Positions 55,996-64,000 of a stretch of 64,000 bases of DNA are shown here, in pieces (the first letter of the stretch is position 1; every line of letters starts with the position of its first letter). Origin of the DNA: the human T2T-CHM13v2.0 reference genome, Homo sapiens. The notes below the pieces were generated by a model. It was not told the DNA's origin, ran no database searches, and saw only the letters and a program-made list of their open reading frames with translations. Made by a program: the position numbers and the translations under genes. The stretch is taken from the NCBI RefSeq assembly GCF_009914755.1, contig NC_060928.1, one strand, 5' to 3'.

Positions 55996-56557
55996 GAAAG
56001 ATGGACAAAGTACACTAGGCAGTTAATTAGCACAAATAAAATACACGTTGCCAATAAACAGAAGAAATAGTTAACCAAAAAAATTTTCTAAAATTTAGCT
56101 TATCTTGAGGCAATCTGGGGAGCTTGGACATTGGGTATATACAAATACCGGGGCTATTTAGGTAATTGTATCACAGGAACCCAGCATTTTTCACTTTTCT
56201 CCAGCTCTGTTAAAAAGGAAGGAAAAATGTGTATACTCAGTACAACATTCACTTAATGCCACCAATTCACTTAATGCATTGTTTACATGTGCAATAGATA
56301 CTAGTTACAGTGTTGAATATAGAAATGTGTACATGTGAGTTATATAGTTCCTATCCAAAAGTCAGGAGGCCCAAGACCCAGGAAGAGTTGATGTTCTTTG
56401 TAACATATGACATCAGATCACAAAAAATACCAGAATAGTTTTGTTATATAATTTTCTTGAGTACTAAAATTTTATAAAATTATTCTATTTTTAAAATATG
56501 TTATCTTAACATACTAATATTTTGAAAAATTACTTGGCTGTATTAGATATATTCCTA

Positions 56558-56947
56558 TGCATATAGTTTTGTAGGAATACCATAACAAAATATCAAAAGC
56601 TGGGTGGTTTATACAGCAGAAATGTATTTTCTCACAGTCCTGGAGGCTGGAGGGCTGCGACCAGGTAGCAGCAGGGTGGCTTCTTCTGTGGCCTCTCTCC
56701 TTGGCCACCTCTTGCAGTGTTGTCACGTGGTTTTTTCCTCTGCACATGTATCCCTGGCATCTCTCTATGTATCCAGATGTCCTTTTTTTGCAAGTACACC
56801 AGTTAGATTGGATTTGGGATCCACCCTAATGGCCCCATTTTAACTTAATCATCTTTTTAAAGACTCTCCAAATACAGTCAGTCTGAGGTACTGGAAGTTA
56901 GAGCTTTAACATATGAATTTTGAGAGTACACAATTCAACCCCTAACG
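56558..56947 (-). mobile_element. MLT1A0-like LTR
   Basis: ccataacaaaatatcaaaagctgggtgg...ttctcacagtcctggaggctgg...ctccaaatacagtca...caattcaacc. Confidence 0.88.
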
Positions 56948-57094
56948 CTATATCATGAATTAAATAATATAGGAGAATATAATAGAATAATCATGGACTT
57001 TAGGGGAAATTATATTAGAAACAGATTCCTGGTTGATCCAGAAGTAGATGCATCCCATGGTGGTTTTTAATCCAATGGGGGTCTTTGCCACTGG

Positions 57095-57543
57095 CTAAGT
57101 CATTTAAGAATATGCTGAGTGTCTTCTTCAGGCCAGATATTGTGGCAGGAGCTGTACAGGTCAGCTACAGTCCCTGTCTTAAAGAAGCTCAGAACCCAGT
57201 GAACACCCAGGAAAAGACATGAACAATAAAAATTTAATGTAATAATAAATAAGCACAACCATAGAAGAATAGACAGGGCATTAGAAGAGCAAAGGTAACT
57301 ATCTCATTCTTCCTGGAAATAAGGAAATTTCCACAGTATAAAGGACACTTGAGTGAAATAAGAAGTTGAGCAAGAAGAAGAAAAACGAAGAAAGAGCATT
57401 TCAGAGACAGGAAGCAACCTGGGTGAAGTTTAAAAAGTGGCAAATTCTTCTGTATGCCTAGATGAAGATGTAAGCTAGAGAATAATGATGATTTGGTCAG
57501 AAGAAGGAAGGGCCTGGTGTACTCTCTAATGCACTTGGACATA
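57095..57543 (-). mobile_element. L2 3' region
   Basis: cagtccctgtcttaaagaagctcag; aaagagcatttcagagacaggaagca. Confidence 0.6.
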
Positions 57544-57598
57544 TCTAGTGTAACGCTGCCAAATAGAACATTCTGCAATGAGGGAAATCTTCTGCATC

Positions 57599-58449
<851 letters not shown>

Positions 58450-58801
58450 TGTCTGTGCTGTGCAGTATGGTAGCCACTAGCCACATGCAACTATTGAGAA
58501 TTTGAAATGTGTCTTGTGCCACAGAGTAACCCAATTTTTTAAAAATTTTATTTAAATTGTTTTAAATTTAAATGTAGACAGCTAACATGACTCATGACTA
58601 CTGTATTTGACAGTGTAGATTTAGAAAGGGTTTTTTATCTTTTTTCTTCATCTATACTGTCCACATGCATAATACACTCCAATCAGATACATTTTTCATT
58701 ACATGTGAGATGTGTAGCACGATGTTTAAGTGGAAATTTGGCTATGAATATATGGCAACAAGTATTAGAAACCAAAATGAGTTGCAAAATAGATCACCAA
58801 G

Positions 58802-59230
58802 TCAGGGTTCTTCAGAAAAACAGAACCAATAGGATGTGTGTGTGGATAGAGACAGAGCCAGCAAGCTGGAGTTGCAGGAGAGCTGAAGGTAGAGCGCCTG
58901 TCCAAGAGCCGGCAGGCTCATCATCCAAGAAGAACTAATGTTTCAGTTTGAGTCTAAAGGCAAGAAAAAGCTGATGTCCCAGTTTCAAAGGAAGCAAGGC
59001 AGGAGGAATTCTGTCTTACACAGGGGAGGGTTGGTGTTTTTGTTCTATTCAGACCTTCCACTGACTGGATGAACCCATCCACATTAGGGAGGGCAGTCTG
59101 CTTTCCTCCGCCTATTGTTTTTAGTGCTGATTTCATTCCAGAACACCCGCACGGAAACACCTAGAATGTTTGACCAAATATCTGGGCACCTGTAGCCCAG
59201 ACAAGTTAACTCATAAAATTAACCATCACA
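58802..59230 (-). mobile_element. MLT2 (ERVL) LTR
   Basis: tcagggttcttcagaaaaacagaaccaatagg...aagttaactcataaaattaaccatcaca; ccaag on both flanks. Confidence 0.88.
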
Positions 59231-60599
59231 CCAAGTGAAAGTAAAAAGAGTACTTATTAGAGACTTAAACCTCTCATGCATATGAAGAACATAAGAGTTT
59301 AGACAGCAGTTGTGGAGAGAATTAGTGGGGACCATAGAGAGAGCTACTCATGGGTTAATCTGCTGTGAGAAACACCAGCTCCAAGGGAAAGGATCTGTTC
59401 ACCTCTCACCTCAACCCTAATGAGAGAGCTTCAACCGAGAGCTTGGTAGGTGTCCTTGCTATTGGAGTGACACAGTGGATTGAAGTCTGATTCCCACAGG
59501 GAAAATTCAAAAAGCAGAGTGGGGCTGGCCAGCTGTTCCAAGCAGGAGGAAGGAAGGGGAGGCAGCATATTTCAGTTGCCTGACTCCCAACTTTGGTTGA
59601 CACAAAGCATGCAAGAGTGTTTGCTGTAACTAGATTTGGGCTACATGTGAACTCCTTTATTACAGGGTCACCCATAGGGGCAAACAGGCCTCAGCACGAC
59701 AATGCTTAAAATACAGCATTCCTAGAGTCAGAGAAAAGTATATCACCTGCATCAAGGGAAATGTAGATGAGTGCTCTACATCTACATGTACTCTTTAGAA
59801 GTCCCAGTGTTGAGACTTCTAAAGAGAACCACAATTTCAGCAACCAAGAAGAAGAAGGCTTTTAACTTCAGCCATGTCCTGAGAGTATGAAATCAACTTT
59901 TGAATATACCAGTCAAGTAGGATATTTCCAGCCCACATATCACTTCCTCCACTACATTTAAAACAATTAGAAACCACACTTTTCAACTTGAGAGAAGAGC
60001 TTGTCCAAAATGAAAAGTCTGACCACATCCACTTCCCCAACTGCAAGCTTTCCACCAGTCGGCCTTAGTTAGGAAAAGAAGAATAGCTGTAATCTGAGTG
60101 CAGTTGGACATTTTACCTGTAATATGAAACTAGACAAATCCAAGAGATGTCTAAGAGGCATAACTGAAGGCTTTTGATGAACATATTTTATGTAGGTAGT
60201 GAGGAAGACAGGGTTTTGAATATTATGCTTGGGTTTCTCCTTGTGTAATTCTCCCCAGCTATATATATTTGATGATCCTATGACTTTGTATTACCTAAGA
60301 TTAATTACAAAGGTCAGTGGTATGGTGGAGTTTTCACCAAGAGCAGAGTAAAAACTAGCTCCAAAGAACAAAGCATTAAGGGACCATGGAGAGAAAAAAA
60401 AATCACTCTGTATCTAATAGTTGTGCTTATTTGTGTACCAGATACTTACACAATGGTATTCAAATGGTTGATCAATGAGGGGGAAGGGGTATGATCCCTA
60501 AAGCAACATCTTAGAAACTTGGGCTAGGTGAGTGAAAATTTACATTTCAGTAGCTCAAAATGCCTTTTTAGAAAGATTGTGATTCTCTCAAGATGAGAA

Positions 60600-60940
60600 T
60601 CTCTCCTATGAAGGATGGGCAGCCGTTACGTGATTATTAAAGGAAAATGACATAAACAGCCTTGTGTTTTAGAAAGCCCACCCTGATACTTATGTGGGAA
60701 ATAGAGATGGGCTAACTTCAGACTTTAAACAGAAACACCTGCTGGGAGATAAATGCAATTGTTCTGGTGAAAGTTGACGAGAACCTGAGCTAAGAAGATA
60801 AGATAAGAAATGCAACAAAGGGAAGAATTTCCGGAGATATTTAAGAGGCAAAATTAACAGATCTTGATAACAAAATCAGATGTAGGTGATGGGAAAGAGA
60901 GGCTTTGAGGATGATGTTCAGGTTTCTGACTTGGGTAATT
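60600..60940 (-). mobile_element. L2 fragment
   Basis: tgtgttttagaaag...gagatatttaagaggcaaaattaacagatcttg...gaggatgatgttcaggtttctgacttggg. Confidence 0.7.
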
Positions 60941-61087
60941 CTTTCTAGCTATATTATAGTAGAAACTCCAGAGGCATGAGCTGTGGCTTGGATCAAGGTG
61001 GTCCTTATAATTATCAAGTTAGAGCCAGTCCTGACTTTACGAGGTGGGCGCTCTGCTATATCACATCACTGTATCATATTACCTTCC

Positions 61088-61590
61088 TGTGATAAGCAGA
61101 ATAAGGGTCCCGCAAAGATGTCTATGTTCTAATCCTGGAAACTAAATATGTTAGGGTACCTAGCAAAGGGAATTAAGGTTGCATGTGAAATTAGGTTGCT
61201 AACCAGCTAACCTTAAAATAGGTGTTGCATCCTGGATTTATCCAGGTGGGCCCAATGTAATAAAAAGGCCCTCAAACTTGAAAGAGGGAGGCCGAAGAGT
61301 CAGTCTTATGGTGATACAATGTGAGACTTGAACAGCCTTTGCTGAATTTGAAAATGGAAGGGAGCCAGAAATGGAAGAACATAGGCAGGCTTCAAAGCTG
61401 GAAAAAAAAAAAATCACATTTTTCCCTAGAACCTCCAGAAAAGAATATAGTCAAGCCAATACCTTGATTTTGCCCCAGTGAGACCCACTGCAGACTTCTG
61501 ACCTCCAGAACCGTAAGATGATAAATCTGTGTTGTTTGAGTCCACTGAGTTTGTGGGAATTTGGTACAGCTGCCCTGAGAAACAAATGCA
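61088..61590 (+). mobile_element. MLT1D-like solo LTR
   Basis: tgtgataagcagaataa...caaagggaattaaggttgc...cttctgacctccagaaccgtaagatgataaatctgtgttg. Confidence 0.9.
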
Positions 61591-64000
61591 CTTATCATTT
61601 ATCCTTTCTCAGCACATCCCTACTCTCAGATTCATCCACATTTCTAATTTGTTTACGTCTAACTAATGCTTTATTTATAGTTTTCTTGACTTGTTATTTG
61701 CAACTTATTTAAACAGTATTATAAGCTAGTCATTGTGTGCCTACTGCTGTGTAACTATCACTGGAGTAAGTTAAAATACCAGGTGTATTCCCTATGAACA
61801 GTTAGGCCCATCAAATTATCTCAGTGCAAACATGAACAATAAGAACACCTTGTGTTGCAGTCCCTTTTTTTCTGCTTATCTGATCGCCGTACAACTAAAA
61901 CATTTCCCAAGTAATAAATAATTTAGTTATAAAATTTGGGCAGCTTTCTGTCATAAGATATAATATTTATTTTGCTGCTGAATTAATTAATGTTTGGGAA
62001 ATGCCGTGTAAATGTTAGCTCTTATCCTCTTCTTATTTATAGTAAGTACATAACCTGAAACTTTAGTCCATGCAACAGAAAATGCTGTGGACTGTAAGTG
62101 ATAATGATGGATTATTTGTCCTTATGATTTTATCTGTAACCTGCATATAAAATTCAGAACTTGAAATGATGAAGATAATATCTCTCCATCCTAGCTTGGC
62201 CCAACACTCATGAAATGCAGATGTGAATGATTTTTGACTGGCAGATTTCAAAATGAATATGCAGCCACTACAACTTTTATATAACTTTAAAATTCTGGAA
62301 GAGGAATGCAAGACTCTGTCCAAATTGTGTGTTTGGGGCAATGAGAATATTATATGTACAGTCCAAAATATATTTCCAAATACAGGTAAACAAAGGCTAT
62401 TTTGATTCTGTTTTAAGGTCGCAAATAGTCTGTCATGGAGTTTAGATTGTGAGTCTCCCTGCTAGAAGATGGGTCGCAATTGGAAGAGCGCTTTATATTC
62501 CCTGCGCCACTGCCAAATGATCCTAGAGGTTAACAGAAAACAGCAATGGGGCTTCCAAAGACAAGGACTGAATCATATACTTGGTAAGACTAGGAATGAT
62601 GAGAACATTGTATTCTTCAAACAAAGTAACAGCTAGACAGACAGGCAAAAGAACGAAGAATCTGGCCTCCAAGTAATCCTTAATTATAACCCTGCAACCT
62701 AAAAGGACAAGAATATAAAGTGGGTCAAGAAGAAATACATGAATTATATAAGTAAAGAAAACTGAAACACATCTCCAGGCACAAAGCAAGCTAGCTGTAA
62801 TTTACTACTATAAAATTCAAGAATTTTGTACCCTAGCTTATGCCATTAATCCATAAAGATACCAAAGCCTTCAATATAAAATGATACTAGAAGCTGTAAT
62901 TTAATTAAGGCTGAGGTACTGTAGTTATTAATTACATGTGAAATAGTAAATATTTAAAATATTTGAAAATTGCTCATATTTCTTAAAATTGAGTAATATG
63001 CTATAAATCTCAAAAGGCAGGGTAATTGCAGTCTCCGTGGCAAGTCTGTTTGTACAGCAAAACCTGTATAGCATCTCTGGAGAACTAAGGTATAATCTGC
63101 AGCTGTGTAATTGAAGAAGATCTGACACATGGAACTATACAAGTTATTTTCAACTAGCAGAGCTTAGGATATTTTTCTTTCAGAATAAAAGTGCAGAATT
63201 CTGGATTATAATTCTATTTCTACCACACTAAAATAGCTCACAAGTGCTTATTCTGTGTTAGAAGCAGGCCTTGAAATGGATAGTCCAAATGTGTGGAATT
63301 TCACCACTTTTTGACAATGTAATTTTTGATTAATTTTCCAACACCATAAGCAAAATGCACCTGAACCCATATACACAGTGAATCCTGGGTGGGAATATTG
63401 ATTTAAATGTGTGTTTGCAATAAGTAAACATCCTGAAACACATCATCTTCCTGTTCACATTAACTGCCTCTATCAAATATTGAAACCAAAGTATTTTGTT
63501 ATTCAAAAGAATGTTGTTTTATGCCTATGTATGGAGGGTTGTTCCAATCATCTTACAGACTCTAGTGCAATATGAGATACTTGTAAACTTCCATAGCCTA
63601 TGCTGTATGGAAGCTTTGTAGTTTCTTCTCCACTTCCTTAATCTGAGAGTAGTTGGTTTGTCCCTGAGTTTTCCTGGGTGAATTGACTTTCCACCAAGTG
63701 TCATCAAGAGAGTTTGATTTCTGGTTCTTGCCTTAATGAATAAGAGTTGCAATTCCAAGTAGTTAACTGTGGACCACACCCAGGTATACCTCTGAAGTAG
63801 CCTTAGCATAAGTTCAGTTAGTAGATACAACCCAGATCCTCTCTACCTCACGACAATCTAGCTAAAGGAAAGGCCACAGGGCTACCAAGGGCTCCTAAGA
63901 AGTTTCCAGCTTTTCATTGGCCATTTGAAAAACATCATATCATTTGTGGGACTTGGAACAATGAGGACTCTGTTCTTCATGAATGGACCTTGAGATTGTT

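Noticed and set aside
56247-56278. 13-bp direct repeat attcacttaatgc
   Set aside because: Only two copies 5 bp apart; ordinary slippage duplication, not an array
62460-62525. CTCF site near gcgccactgcc
   Set aside because: Poor match to the CTCF core despite a few local CpGs
63525-63830. 101-aa minus-strand ORF near the window end
   Set aside because: Non-ATG start, no recognisable domain or splice context

Overview
AT-rich primate DNA, most likely human, from an intergenic or deep-intronic region. It is dominated by interspersed repeats: about 10 Alus (J, S and Y), primate and ancient L1 fragments, L2/MIR/CR1 relics, MaLR LTRs (MLT1, MST, an LTR-internal-LTR THE1), ERV LTRs (MER41A, MER54-like, MLT2), DNA transposon fossils (MER63, MER58, MER5, MER3, Tigger) and many microsatellites. 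I find no supportable protein-coding gene, RNA gene or CpG island; the listed ORFs are repeat-derived, low-complexity or chance. I do not see a new multi-gene system. The most unusual structures are: (1) a ~275 bp inverted duplication of mostly non-repeat sequence (39763-40038 / 41504-41778) around a ~1.5 kb spacer; (2) a MER5 fossil hit twice at the same target site by L1, one event apparently carrying a ~300 bp 3' transduction; (3) a TA-flanked 116 bp element with perfect CpG-retaining terminal inverted repeats at 50242-50357; (4) a template-switch-like micro-rearrangement inside an L1; (5) a young AluYi6-like insertion with a 50-nt tail. Repeat subfamily names come from recalled consensus sequences and many boundaries are approximate.
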